The notes below the pieces were generated by a model that did not search any database, had not been told where the DNA came from, and worked only from the letters and a program-made list of their open reading frames with translations. From an uncultured Clostridium sp. (GTDB lineage: Bacteria; Bacillota; Clostridia; Clostridiales; Clostridiaceae), in NCBI RefSeq assembly GCF_900547475.1, contig NZ_URGW01000019.1: 64,000 nucleotides of DNA, one strand, 5' to 3'. The position numbers and the translations under genes are program-made. Shown here one piece after another: positions 39,348 to 49,169 of this stretch (the first letter of the stretch is position 1; the number at the start of each line of letters is the position of its first letter).

Positions 39348-41105
39348 ATGAAAAAGAATGCAGCATTAAGAGAATTTAAAAAGTTAAAAAGTCAAATAAA
39401 TCAAATAGAAGAAATAGTACATCATTCTAAGGTAGGAGCATTAATAGAACAAGAAACTTCTATTAGAAAGAAGATTAGATTACTTAAAGAAATGGAGAAA
39501 GAAGGATTTAAGGAGTATCAAGATGTATGTGATAGATATGAAGAAATACTAGAAGATGCTTCTAAGAGAATACTTGAAGATTATAATAAAAAAAATAATA
39601 CTGATTTTAATTTTTATGAAGTAGTTAGGGGAAATTACAATACTTTTTTAAATTCAGGTATTATGACAGTTCTTACTAAGCAACATATACCAAAGCTTAT
39701 TGGAGAAGCTTTTGAAGAGGCATTTCCAGATAATCCAAAAGATGAATATATTATAACAAGAAGAATGAAAAGAAAAATATATATTCACCTTGGAGATACA
39801 AATACAGGGAAAACCTATAATGCAGTAGAAAGACTTAAAACAGCTAAAAAAGGTGTATATTTATCTCCACTTAGAATTTTAGCATTAGAGAACTATGATA
39901 AATTAAATAATGAAGGTATAGTTTGTGATTTAATGACAGGTGAGGAAGAAATAATAAAAGAAAATTCAACACATGTTTCTTGTACTATAGAAAAGGTTAA
40001 TTTAAAGCAAAGTTATGATATTGCTGTAATCGATGAAATTCAAATGATTAGTGATACACAAAGAGGAATTGCATGGAGTAGAGCTGTTTTAGGACTTAGA
40101 TGTAATGAAATTCATATTTGTGGTGCAATGAATGCTAAGGAATTGTTAATTAAGATATTAGAGGATTGCGAAGATGATTATGAAATTAAGGAGTATCATA
40201 GAAATATACCTTTATTAGTTGAAAGCAAAAATTTTAGTTATAATGATGTTCAAGAAGGAGATGCTATTGTAGTATTTTCGAAAAAGAGAGTATTAGAAAT
40301 AGCACAGGATTATTCTAATAAAAATATAAAGACTAGTATTATATATGGTGATTTACCACCAGAAGTTAGAAAGATGCAATATGAACAATTTATAAATAAG
40401 GAAAATAAAGTTTTAGTAACGACAGATGCTATTGGAATGGGGGTTAACTTACCTATAAGAAGAATAATATTTATGTCTATAAGAAAGTTTGATGGAGAAG
40501 AGGTACGAGAATTAACATCTCAAGAAGTTAAACAAATTGCGGGAAGAGCTGGTAGAAAAGGAATATATGATACAGGATATGTTGCAGGCGTTTCAGATAC
40601 TCACAATTTTATTAGTAGAAAATTAGAGGTAAAGGATGAGATTATAAAGCAGGCAGTAATAGGTCCATCAGAAGCAATTTTAACTATAAAAAGTTTACCA
40701 CTAAATGAAAAATTAGTATTGTGGAAAACTAGAGAATCAAAGATAGAATACTATACAAAGATGGATATAAGTGAATATCTATTAATATTAGAGAAAATAA
40801 AGAGATATAAGCTTAAAGAAGAAGATCAATGGGATTTATTAAAAGTGCCTTTTGACGTTTCAAGTGAGGAGCTTATGAATAAATTCTTAGAATATGTAGA
40901 TGAGGTATTTGTTGCTAAGTTAGATGAAATAACAAAACCAACATGTTTTACAGGAAATCTTGATGATTTAGAGATTTATTATCAAAAAATTAATATGTAT
41001 TATTCTTTTTCTAAGATATTTAACCTAAAGTTCGATGTGGATTGGGTATATTCAGAAAGACTTAGAGTTAGCGAAGATATAAATGAAATTTTAGTGAAAA
41101 TATAA
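39348..41105 (+). CDS. Suv3-like SF2 RNA helicase
   Basis: Motifs HLGDTNTGKTY, YLSPLRILA, TGEE, CTIE, IDEIQM, IYGDLPPE, TDAIGMGVNL, QIAGRAGR. Confidence 0.9.
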   Translation: MKKNAALREFKKLKSQINQIEEIVHHSKVGALIEQETSIRKKIRLLKEMEKEGFKEYQDVCDRYEEILEDASKRILEDYNKKNNTDFNFYEVVRGNYNTFLNSGIMTVLTKQHIPKLIGEAFEEAFPDNPKDEYIITRRMKRKIYIHLGDTNTGKTYNAVERLKTAKKGVYLSPLRILALENYDKLNNEGIVCDLMTGEEEIIKENSTHVSCTIEKVNLKQSYDIAVIDEIQMISDTQRGIAWSRAVLGLRCNEIHICGAMNAKELLIKILEDCEDDYEIKEYHRNIPLLVESKNFSYNDVQEGDAIVVFSKKRVLEIAQDYSNKNIKTSIIYGDLPPEVRKMQYEQFINKENKVLVTTDAIGMGVNLPIRRIIFMSIRKFDGEEVRELTSQEVKQIAGRAGRKGIYDTGYVAGVSDTHNFISRKLEVKDEIIKQAVIGPSEAILTIKSLPLNEKLVLWKTRESKIEYYTKMDISEYLLILEKIKRYKLKEEDQWDLLKVPFDVSSEELMNKFLEYVDEVFVAKLDEITKPTCFTGNLDDLEIYYQKINMYYSFSKIFNLKFDVDWVYSERLRVSEDINEILVKI

Positions 41106-41110
41106 GATTA

Positions 41111-41151
41111 TAACTATCTCAAAATTATAAAATATAATTTTGAGATAGTTA
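41111..41151. terminator. long bidirectional hairpin
   Basis: 19-bp perfect stem TAACTATCTCAAAATTATA / TATAATTTTGAGATAGTTA. Confidence 0.7.
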
Positions 41152-41224
41152 AGATTTATGTAATTAATGTTTATCAGTTACTAAATGAAAAATACTTTTT
41201 TAGGAAAATTATCCTCTACATATT

Positions 41225-43087
41225 TTAAGATTTTTTAGTATTATAATAAGGTTTTAAGTTATTTAAGTATATATTCATTATAAAATCAAGTTGATCATTA
41301 GTTAATGAATCAAAAGATAATCCAAATAGCTTGTCTTTATTTCTAGCAACTTTACATGGAATAATATTATCATTAATATGTACATTAAGTTTTGTGTTTA
41401 ATTTAACATCTAAAGGATCATCTAAACTTATGGCCATTCCTTTTTCTGAGATATCTATTAATGAGCCTGTTAAATTTCCTTGAGCTGTATTAATAAAAAT
41501 ACTTATATTTTCCTTAATTGAAATCCTCTCACTTTTTCTATATATAGGATTTTGGTATGCAACTTTAATACAAATTATTGAACCACAAAAATTATATATA
41601 CTCCAGATAATATTAATTAAGTAAGCACCTAAATTAATTTTATTAGTTAATAAATATATGGTTCCTAATATCCAAGCAAGTATAGTAGCAATTACAATTA
41701 AAATGTGAGATGAAGCCATTTTAAACTGAAATTGTTTTTTATTAGTAGTTATATCTTTAGATGTAACATTGAATTTTAATCTTATGCAAAATAGCTCTCG
41801 TAATATGGAAAGAGTTATATGAGGCGCCATAGCCACTTCATAATAATGAGACCACTTTAAACTTCTTGTCCTAGGAGAAAGTATAGTGAATATAAGTATT
41901 TGTCCTAATAAGAAAGGAATAAACATAGTCAATAAACTTTTTATTGGAGCATCTATAATTAACTTATGACTTAATAAAAAAAATAATGGTGAAATTATGT
42001 ATATAAGTTTTTGAATACTAGAAAGCCAATATACTACACCATCCCAATATGCTATTTTTTGTCCTAATGTTAAATTTTTATTAAATATTACATTAAATTT
42101 CTTTATTACTTGTAGGTTTCCTCTACACCATCTATCTCTTTGTTTAACAAGTTCGGTAAAGGTTGTGGCACTTAAACCTAAAGCTAGTTCTTCATTTATA
42201 AATTCTGAATCATAACCCTTAGCTTGTAGCAACATACCAACAGCCATATCTTCTGTTATTGAGTAGGTTGGATATCCACCTATTTCCATTACGTATTTCT
42301 TTCTAAAAACGGCATTTGTTCCAACATGTAAAACTGCATTGTTAGCAGCTCTAGCTTCTTCTACATCCCTCATGAAGAAATCTTGTTCATTAGGAATTTT
42401 TCTATTTAGATTATATTGATACATATCTTGATTATAATAAACTTGAGGGGTTTGTACAAAAGCCATATTTTCGTTGGAGAAATATCCTACAGTTTTAGTT
42501 AAAAAATTTTTCTTTGGAATCATATCTGCATCTAAAACAGCAAATAAATCACCTGTTATTATATTTAGTGCATTATTTATATTTCCTGCTTTTGCACCTT
42601 CATTATTATTTCTAGTAATATAATTAACATTATATTTTATACATAAATTTTTTAGTTCATTTCTATGACCATCATCGCAAACATAAACTTTAAGTTTATT
42701 TTGAGGATAATCTAGTTTTTTGCTAGCTATTATAGTTTTTTGAAGTAAATCTAATGGCTCGTTATATGTACAAATTAATAAATCCACAGATGGAATATTC
42801 TCTGGAGGATAATTATTCAAGGATTTACTTTCGAGTTTGTAATTTTTACTAAATAAGTATTGAAAATTTATGAATGATATTAATCCTAAAATTTCAGCTA
42901 AATATAAAAAAACTCCAAATATAAAACTTGTAATATCATGGTTAATAGGTATAACAGAGAATCTCCATATTATATATATAATTGAGATAATAGAATTTAC
43001 AATTATTAATATTTTTCTATTCTTTGGTTTTATGGTTGTTATAAGAAATGATATTAACAGTGCTAAAATAGAAATAATTAAATACAT
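41225..43087 (-). CDS. BcsA-like processive GT2 glucan synthase with a PilZ domain
   Basis: Motifs TYNE, DDG, KAGNIN, DAD, QTPQ, TED, QRDRW; multiple TMs; PilZ motifs RKSER and DISEKG. Confidence 0.9.
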   Translation of the reverse strand: MYLIISILALLISFLITTIKPKNRKILIIVNSIISIIYIIWRFSVIPINHDITSFIFGVFLYLAEILGLISFINFQYLFSKNYKLESKSLNNYPPENIPSVDLLICTYNEPLDLLQKTIIASKKLDYPQNKLKVYVCDDGHRNELKNLCIKYNVNYITRNNNEGAKAGNINNALNIITGDLFAVLDADMIPKKNFLTKTVGYFSNENMAFVQTPQVYYNQDMYQYNLNRKIPNEQDFFMRDVEEARAANNAVLHVGTNAVFRKKYVMEIGGYPTYSITEDMAVGMLLQAKGYDSEFINEELALGLSATTFTELVKQRDRWCRGNLQVIKKFNVIFNKNLTLGQKIAYWDGVVYWLSSIQKLIYIISPLFFLLSHKLIIDAPIKSLLTMFIPFLLGQILIFTILSPRTRSLKWSHYYEVAMAPHITLSILRELFCIRLKFNVTSKDITTNKKQFQFKMASSHILIVIATILAWILGTIYLLTNKINLGAYLINIIWSIYNFCGSIICIKVAYQNPIYRKSERISIKENISIFINTAQGNLTGSLIDISEKGMAISLDDPLDVKLNTKLNVHINDNIIPCKVARNKDKLFGLSFDSLTNDQLDFIMNIYLNNLKPYYNTKKS

Positions 43088-43349
43088 TTAAAAGCTCGCC
43101 CCTTTTTTGTATTCAGTTATATAATTATATTATAATAATTTTAAAAAATAAAGCATAAAAATAATAAAAAAATAAGAAATATGTCGAAAGTAAAATAAGA
43201 ATGTAAGTTAAGAGTTTCTTTTTCTTAAAAGAAAATAATAAAATATTAAGATTATATTTACACAAAATGTTAATTGTTTTGCTATAATTAGAGAATAATT
43301 AACTATTATAGAAAAGTAATTACCAGGTATTATAAAGGAGTATAAAGAA

Positions 43350-44462
43350 TTGAGATATTTAAATGAATATAAAAAAGATCTATTCTATAAAGAACCAATA
43401 GAGTTTAATAAGAATTCCAATAAGGATATATTAAAATATGCAGTAGGCGCTAATTTATATATGAATGGAGAAAAAAATTTTTATGAAAAGATAATTAATG
43501 GAGATTTTAATGAGTTAGGTACAATTTCTATTTGTTTTGAGGATGCAACTAAAGATAGTGAGGTTGAGAGTGCTGAGGATAATGTGGTTAAAATGCTAGA
43601 TAATTTAACAACGTATATTAATGAGATAGATGTTATAAATAGTATTCCACTTATTTTTTTTAGGGTAAGAAATTATAATCAATTTCTTAGATTCACTTCA
43701 AAATTAAAAGCTGATCATTTTAAATACATTACTGGATTTATTTTTCCGAAGTTTACTACAGAAAATTCAATAGCTTATCTTGAATACACAAAGGAGCTTT
43801 CAGAAAAGTATAATGAAGTTCTATATGCTATGCCTATTTTAGAAAGTGAGGCTATTATTTATAAGGAAACTAGAATTCAAGAATTAATTAATATAAAAGA
43901 AGTAATAAATGATTATTCAGATATTATTTTAAATATTAGAGTTGGGGGTACTGATTTTTCTTCTAAATTTGGATTGAGGAGAAGTATTGATTCAAGTATT
44001 TATAATATAAGAGTAGTCTGTGATTGTTTAATTGATATTATAAATATGTTTTTAAGAGATGGACAGGAATATGTTATTTCAGCACCAGTTTGGGAATATT
44101 TTTCTGAAGATATAAAATCTAAAGAAGTTTGTGGATTGATAAATGAAATAAAAAGTGATAAAGAAAATGGGTTTTGTGGTAAAACAATAATTCATCCAAG
44201 TCAAATTAAATATGTAAATTCATTATATACAGTTACTTATGAGGAATATATAGATGCTAAGGTTATAATTGATTCTCATAAAGATGGAGGAGTATTTAAG
44301 GGTTACGGTGGAAATAAGATGAATGAGGTAAAACCACACTTTAATTGGGCTAAGAAAGTTATGAGTAGAGCTGAAATCTTTGGGGTGTTAAAAGAAGGAG
44401 TATCAAATGAGGATTTATATAAGGAAGATAATTTTAGTAGTAAATCTATAGAAGTATTATAA
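43350..44462 (+). CDS. HpcH/HpaI aldolase / citrate-lyase-like protein of the Ter cluster
   Basis: Motifs VGANLYM, CFEDA, IFPKF, MPILES, RVGGTD, SAPVWEYF, GKTIIHPSQ, MNEVKPH. Confidence 0.88.
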   Translation: MRYLNEYKKDLFYKEPIEFNKNSNKDILKYAVGANLYMNGEKNFYEKIINGDFNELGTISICFEDATKDSEVESAEDNVVKMLDNLTTYINEIDVINSIPLIFFRVRNYNQFLRFTSKLKADHFKYITGFIFPKFTTENSIAYLEYTKELSEKYNEVLYAMPILESEAIIYKETRIQELINIKEVINDYSDIILNIRVGGTDFSSKFGLRRSIDSSIYNIRVVCDCLIDIINMFLRDGQEYVISAPVWEYFSEDIKSKEVCGLINEIKSDKENGFCGKTIIHPSQIKYVNSLYTVTYEEYIDAKVIIDSHKDGGVFKGYGGNKMNEVKPHFNWAKKVMSRAEIFGVLKEGVSNEDLYKEDNFSSKSIEVL

Positions 44463-44487
44463 AAAGGATATTAAAGAGGATAGAACT

Positions 44488-45645
44488 ATGAGTGTAGATA
44501 TTAATATAAGAGAAAATAAATATAATTTAAATTTAAATGATTTAATAATAATGGGAAAAAGAATTAACAATAATAAAAGAAATTTTTTATTTATAAGTAA
44601 GGTATTAGGAAAGCATATTGAAGCTAAGCCGAAGGTATGTAAAGAAATAGGCTTGAAGTTAGCTAGATTAATTTTTGATAAAGAAGAAAAAAGCTATAAA
44701 AATAATGAAAAAATATGTGTAATAGGATTTGCTGAAACAGCAACAGGATTAGGAATGGCTGTAGCATCGTATATAAAAAATTGTTATTATATCACTACTA
44801 CTAGGGAATGTATAACAGAGTTAAAATCTATTTTAAAATTTGAGGAAGAGCATTCCCATGCAACAACACATAAATGCTTTCCACTAGATAAGGACAAGAT
44901 TGTTAATTCAGAAAAAATAATTTTAGTAGATGATGAAATAACAACTGGTAAATCTATGATAAATATAATAAAAGAATTAAAAAAGGTTACTAATGCAAAA
45001 AAATTCATTATATTAAGCATTTTAGATTGGAGAAATGAAGAGTATAGAAAGGCATATGATGAGCTAGTTAATGAAGAAAATATTAATGTAGAAGTTTTAT
45101 CCTTAATATCAGGAGATATAAAAGTAAAGGATACAACTACCTATATAGATACTAATGATGAAGTAATAAATGATACTGCTGATGTTTTAAATTATAATGT
45201 TTTAGATAGAATTGACTTAAAGACAAGCTATGAAAAAGAGGTTGAAAGCTATTTATTACATACAGGAAGGTTTGGAATTGAATTTAATGAAATACAAGCA
45301 TTAGAAAGTAAGTGTAAGGATATAGCTAATAGACTTCAAAGTTTGATTGAAAGTAATAAAAAAATATTAGTATTAGGGCATGGAGAAAATATATATATTC
45401 CTTGTAGAATAGCATCTTATATAAATGGAGATGTTTATTTTAAGAGTACTACAAGAAGTCCAATTTATTGTGAAGATGTTGATGGTTATCCTATAAAAGA
45501 AAAACATGTATTTTATCATAAAGGAGTAAAGTATTATTTTTATAATAAAAGTGAAATTGAAGAAAAGTATGATAAGGTAATCTTAATAACAGAAGATGAT
45601 TTAAATATTAAATTAACAAACAATATGATTATAGTAAGGGTTTAG
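44488..45645 (+). CDS. Ter-associated phosphoribosyltransferase (PRTase plus TRSP-like C-terminus)
   Basis: Motifs KRNFLFISKVLGKH, GFAETATGLG, FEEEHSHA, LVDDEITTGKS, STTRSP. Confidence 0.88.
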   Translation: MSVDINIRENKYNLNLNDLIIMGKRINNNKRNFLFISKVLGKHIEAKPKVCKEIGLKLARLIFDKEEKSYKNNEKICVIGFAETATGLGMAVASYIKNCYYITTTRECITELKSILKFEEEHSHATTHKCFPLDKDKIVNSEKIILVDDEITTGKSMINIIKELKKVTNAKKFIILSILDWRNEEYRKAYDELVNEENINVEVLSLISGDIKVKDTTTYIDTNDEVINDTADVLNYNVLDRIDLKTSYEKEVESYLLHTGRFGIEFNEIQALESKCKDIANRLQSLIESNKKILVLGHGENIYIPCRIASYINGDVYFKSTTRSPIYCEDVDGYPIKEKHVFYHKGVKYYFYNKSEIEEKYDKVILITEDDLNIKLTNNMIIVRV

Positions 45646-45650
45646 AGATT

Positions 45651-46730
45651 ATGGAGAATATAAATTTAGTTAAGCATAGTTATAAAGAAGATTGTATATT
45701 TTTACTTAAAGATTTAACTGATAAAATAAAGGAAATTACAATAGAAGAAAAAGAAAAATTAATAAGAAGTGGAGTAAATTATTCGGAGATTATTTCGAAA
45801 GAAAGTATACCAAGTGAAGACATTAAAAATATATTTCTTAATATTTTAAATAGGGATAAGAAGGTAATTGCATATTATGTTGCAAAGATAGCAGAAATAA
45901 TATATGGGCAAAAAGGTAATGCTTTGGTAATTGTTTCTTTAGCTAGAGCAGGAACCCCTTATGGAATACTAATTAAAAGATATTTGAAGTTTAAATATAA
46001 AGTAGATATAACACATTATAGTATATCTATTATAAGAGGAAAGGGAATAGATGCTAATGCATTAAAATATATTTTAAGTCAACATAAAGAAGCAAATATA
46101 CAGTTTGTTGATGGATGGACTGGAAAAGGTTCTATAACAAAAGAATTAAATAAATCTGTAGAGATTTTTAACAATGAAAATAAAGTTAATATAGATAGTT
46201 CGTTAGCTGTTATTTCAGATCCAGCAAAGTTATGTAAAGTATGTGGGACAAGAGAGGATTTTGGAATAGCTACATGTTGTTTAAATTCAACAGTAAGTGG
46301 ATTGATAAGTAGAACAATTCATAATGACAGGTACATTGGTAAGGAGGATTTTCATGGAGCCAAGACTCTAAATTATTTAAGAGATAAAGATTATTCACAA
46401 TATTTTATTGATGAAATAAGTAGTGAATTTAAGAATATAAGTATTGGTTATGAGGATTTGACTTTAGAAATTGAAGATAAAGATTATTCAATGAAGATTG
46501 CTAATAAGATAAGAGAACTATATGATGTTAATAATATAAATAATATTAAGTTAAGTGTAGGAGAATCAGCTAGAGTTTTATTAAGAAGAGACCCTAGAGT
46601 TATATTAGTTAAAAATAAGAATGATAAAAATGTAGAGCATATACTTAAATTAGCAGAGGAAAAAGGAGTAAAAGTTATTGAATATAAAGATAGTGATTAT
46701 AATTGTATTTCAATAATTAATGAAAAATAA
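45651..46730 (+). CDS. Ter-associated StiP-like PRTase-fold protein with a PELOTA-like C-terminus
   Basis: Motifs VSLARAGTP, HYSISIIRGKGID, FVDGWTGKG, LNSTVSGLISRT, GESARVLLRR. Confidence 0.85.
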   Translation: MENINLVKHSYKEDCIFLLKDLTDKIKEITIEEKEKLIRSGVNYSEIISKESIPSEDIKNIFLNILNRDKKVIAYYVAKIAEIIYGQKGNALVIVSLARAGTPYGILIKRYLKFKYKVDITHYSISIIRGKGIDANALKYILSQHKEANIQFVDGWTGKGSITKELNKSVEIFNNENKVNIDSSLAVISDPAKLCKVCGTREDFGIATCCLNSTVSGLISRTIHNDRYIGKEDFHGAKTLNYLRDKDYSQYFIDEISSEFKNISIGYEDLTLEIEDKDYSMKIANKIRELYDVNNINNIKLSVGESARVLLRRDPRVILVKNKNDKNVEHILKLAEEKGVKVIEYKDSDYNCISIINEK

Positions 46731-47498
46731 ATGGATAAGATATTTTTTATTACAGATTTAGATAGAACAATAATACATTCTAAACATATAGGCTATAAAT
46801 GTGTTGAAAAACTTGGTGATAGAGAAATAACATATATGACTGATTATGCTTATGAGAAGTTACATGAGTTATTAAAGAGAGAAGAGTTTATTTTTATACC
46901 GTGCACTATGAGAAATATTAATCAAACATTAAGAGTTGATTTTATAAGAAGTTATAATCCCAAAATTATAATATGTACAAATGGAGCTCAAATTTACATT
47001 GATGGAAAGCTTGATGAAGTTTGGGACAAGCAAATGAAAGCTTTATGTGATAAAGATGAATTAAATAAAAATATTAGATATCTTGAAAATTTAAAAGAAG
47101 AATATAAGGAACTTATAGGGATTATAGAAGTAAGGAATATTGAAGATTTTTATATTACTGTAAAGTGCGTAGATTCACATGAGGCAGATAAATTTTACAA
47201 TATAATAAGTAATAGCTTTGATAAAAGTATTAATGTTTTAAAAATAGAAGCTAAAATATTTATTATTCATAATAGAATAAATAAGGTATATGCTGTGGAT
47301 TATATTATTGAAAAGTTTAATATAAAGAAATTAATTACATCTGGTGATACAGATGTTGATAAAGAATTTACAAGTAGAGGAATAGCAATTTTACCTAAGC
47401 ATAGTTCTTTCAAGCATGAAAAAGCTATAATAACAGAAAGAAACAAAATACACGCTACAGAAGAAATTTTAGATTATATAGAAGAGATTATTGAATAA
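46731..47498 (+). CDS. HAD family phosphatase of the Ter cluster
   Basis: DLDRT nucleophile motif, CTNGA, NK and SGDT..D; TAAATG coupling to the upstream gene. Confidence 0.88.
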   Translation: MDKIFFITDLDRTIIHSKHIGYKCVEKLGDREITYMTDYAYEKLHELLKREEFIFIPCTMRNINQTLRVDFIRSYNPKIIICTNGAQIYIDGKLDEVWDKQMKALCDKDELNKNIRYLENLKEEYKELIGIIEVRNIEDFYITVKCVDSHEADKFYNIISNSFDKSINVLKIEAKIFIIHNRINKVYAVDYIIEKFNIKKLITSGDTDVDKEFTSRGIAILPKHSSFKHEKAIITERNKIHATEEILDYIEEIIE

Positions 47499-47608
47499 AA
47501 GGTAAAATTAATGTGCTAATGTAAGGAAAATGTTGAAAGGAAAGTATTAAATAGGTTAAAATTTAGAGGTAAGGTCTATTTTAAGAAAGTAAGGGGTTTA
47601 TTTGTAAA

Positions 47609-49153
47609 ATGGCTGTAAGTTTGAAAAATATAACAAATTATATGTTTAGGACTATCTATGAAAGAGAAGATACATATAATAAGTTTAAGCCATATTTTTA
47701 TAGATTTATAGGTGTAGATGATAGTTCTAAATATAATGATTGTATTAAGACAATTGAAAGTAAGTTTGTAGAAGAAAAAGATAAATGTATTATATTTGAT
47801 AACTCTATTCCATTAAGTGGTGAAATGGAGTTAATTCAGTATATTTTTAATGAACTTTCTTCAATGGATGTTTATAAAATGACTGCACAAGATATAACCA
47901 TATTTGATGATTTTGAAGTGAATTTTAAATTTTTAAGTGCTTTAGAATATGTTATACCAATTGCTTGTAGCAAAGAAAACTTTTTTAATGATAATGTGAG
48001 AAATAATTTTATAACCAAGTTAATTGTTTGGACTTATACTTATGCTAAAGATATAAAATATGATGATAGCATTAATCCAAAGTGTGTTTATTATGGTAAT
48101 ATTCAAAGACATGAAATATATTTTCTAATTATGCTCTATAAAATGGGGTTTGATGTTATTTATATTAATCCGCTGAAAGAAGAGTTATGGGATGAAATTG
48201 ATGATGCAGGTTTAAGTGAATGTATACAAAGTATGGAAATTTTAAGTGTTGAATCTTTTAAGGAAAGGGCTAATAGTGGAAAAATAATTGATAATTTTGA
48301 AACTGTTACTAAGCAAATTCAAAGAGATATAGAAGAGCAGCTTTTTTCAAATACTGGAATGTTTAAGCCTTGGCAGTTTAGAAAAGGATATACAAAAAGC
48401 GTTTTATTAGACACAATATTAGAAGATATTTATATTTATTGGAATGAACCATGTAAATTGAGAAGTGGATTTAAGGTTGAAGGTAATACTGTTCAAGTTC
48501 CATGTTTCTTTAAAAAGATAGATGGAATATACAATGATGAGTTTGAATATCAAAAGTTAGTTAAATATTGTACATCATCACCAAATACTTTGGTTTTTAA
48601 TGGAAGATATTTTTCAGAAGATGTGCAATTTACAGATGATATGTATCAGCTTATGTTTTGTCAACTAAGTGATGGTTCATTTGATATAGATGAAATCAAA
48701 AAGTTACCTATATATAGGTTTTCAAAATATAGTGAAGATGTACAAAACTTTTTATTAAAAAAGTTTAATGAAACAATAAGTAGTACTGAATTATTTAATA
48801 GAACATTTAACAAAGAAGAAATATTAAGATTATTGGTATTAGTTTTAGGATTAAATGAAAGTATTGTTAGGTTAATAGATAATTTTGACTTTACATCAGC
48901 TATTCCTAAAATAGTAATTTATCTTGAAGATGAAAATACCATGCCGGAATCTATGCAGATACTTTTAGGATATCTTCATACTATAGGTATTGATATAGTT
49001 ATATTTAATCCATCAGGTTTATTTAATATTAACAATGTAATAAAGGCTGCTGCATTAAATGATTTTAGATTAGATGTTATGAAGTATGATTCAAAATATA
49101 ATAATTTAATGAATTTAAAACAAGGTGTTTTTTCAAGATTTTTAAGAAGGTAA
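47609..49153 (+). CDS. yceG: YceG family protein (Ter/Yce cluster component)
   Basis: Motifs NPKCVYYGNI..HEIYFL, FKPWQF, IPKIVIY, GIDIVIFNPSG; precedes telA as in the Bacillus yce operon. Confidence 0.8.
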   Translation: MAVSLKNITNYMFRTIYEREDTYNKFKPYFYRFIGVDDSSKYNDCIKTIESKFVEEKDKCIIFDNSIPLSGEMELIQYIFNELSSMDVYKMTAQDITIFDDFEVNFKFLSALEYVIPIACSKENFFNDNVRNNFITKLIVWTYTYAKDIKYDDSINPKCVYYGNIQRHEIYFLIMLYKMGFDVIYINPLKEELWDEIDDAGLSECIQSMEILSVESFKERANSGKIIDNFETVTKQIQRDIEEQLFSNTGMFKPWQFRKGYTKSVLLDTILEDIYIYWNEPCKLRSGFKVEGNTVQVPCFFKKIDGIYNDEFEYQKLVKYCTSSPNTLVFNGRYFSEDVQFTDDMYQLMFCQLSDGSFDIDEIKKLPIYRFSKYSEDVQNFLLKKFNETISSTELFNRTFNKEEILRLLVLVLGLNESIVRLIDNFDFTSAIPKIVIYLEDENTMPESMQILLGYLHTIGIDIVIFNPSGLFNINNVIKAAALNDFRLDVMKYDSKYNNLMNLKQGVFSRFLRR

Positions 49154-49169
49154 GAGGAGAGAGTTACAT

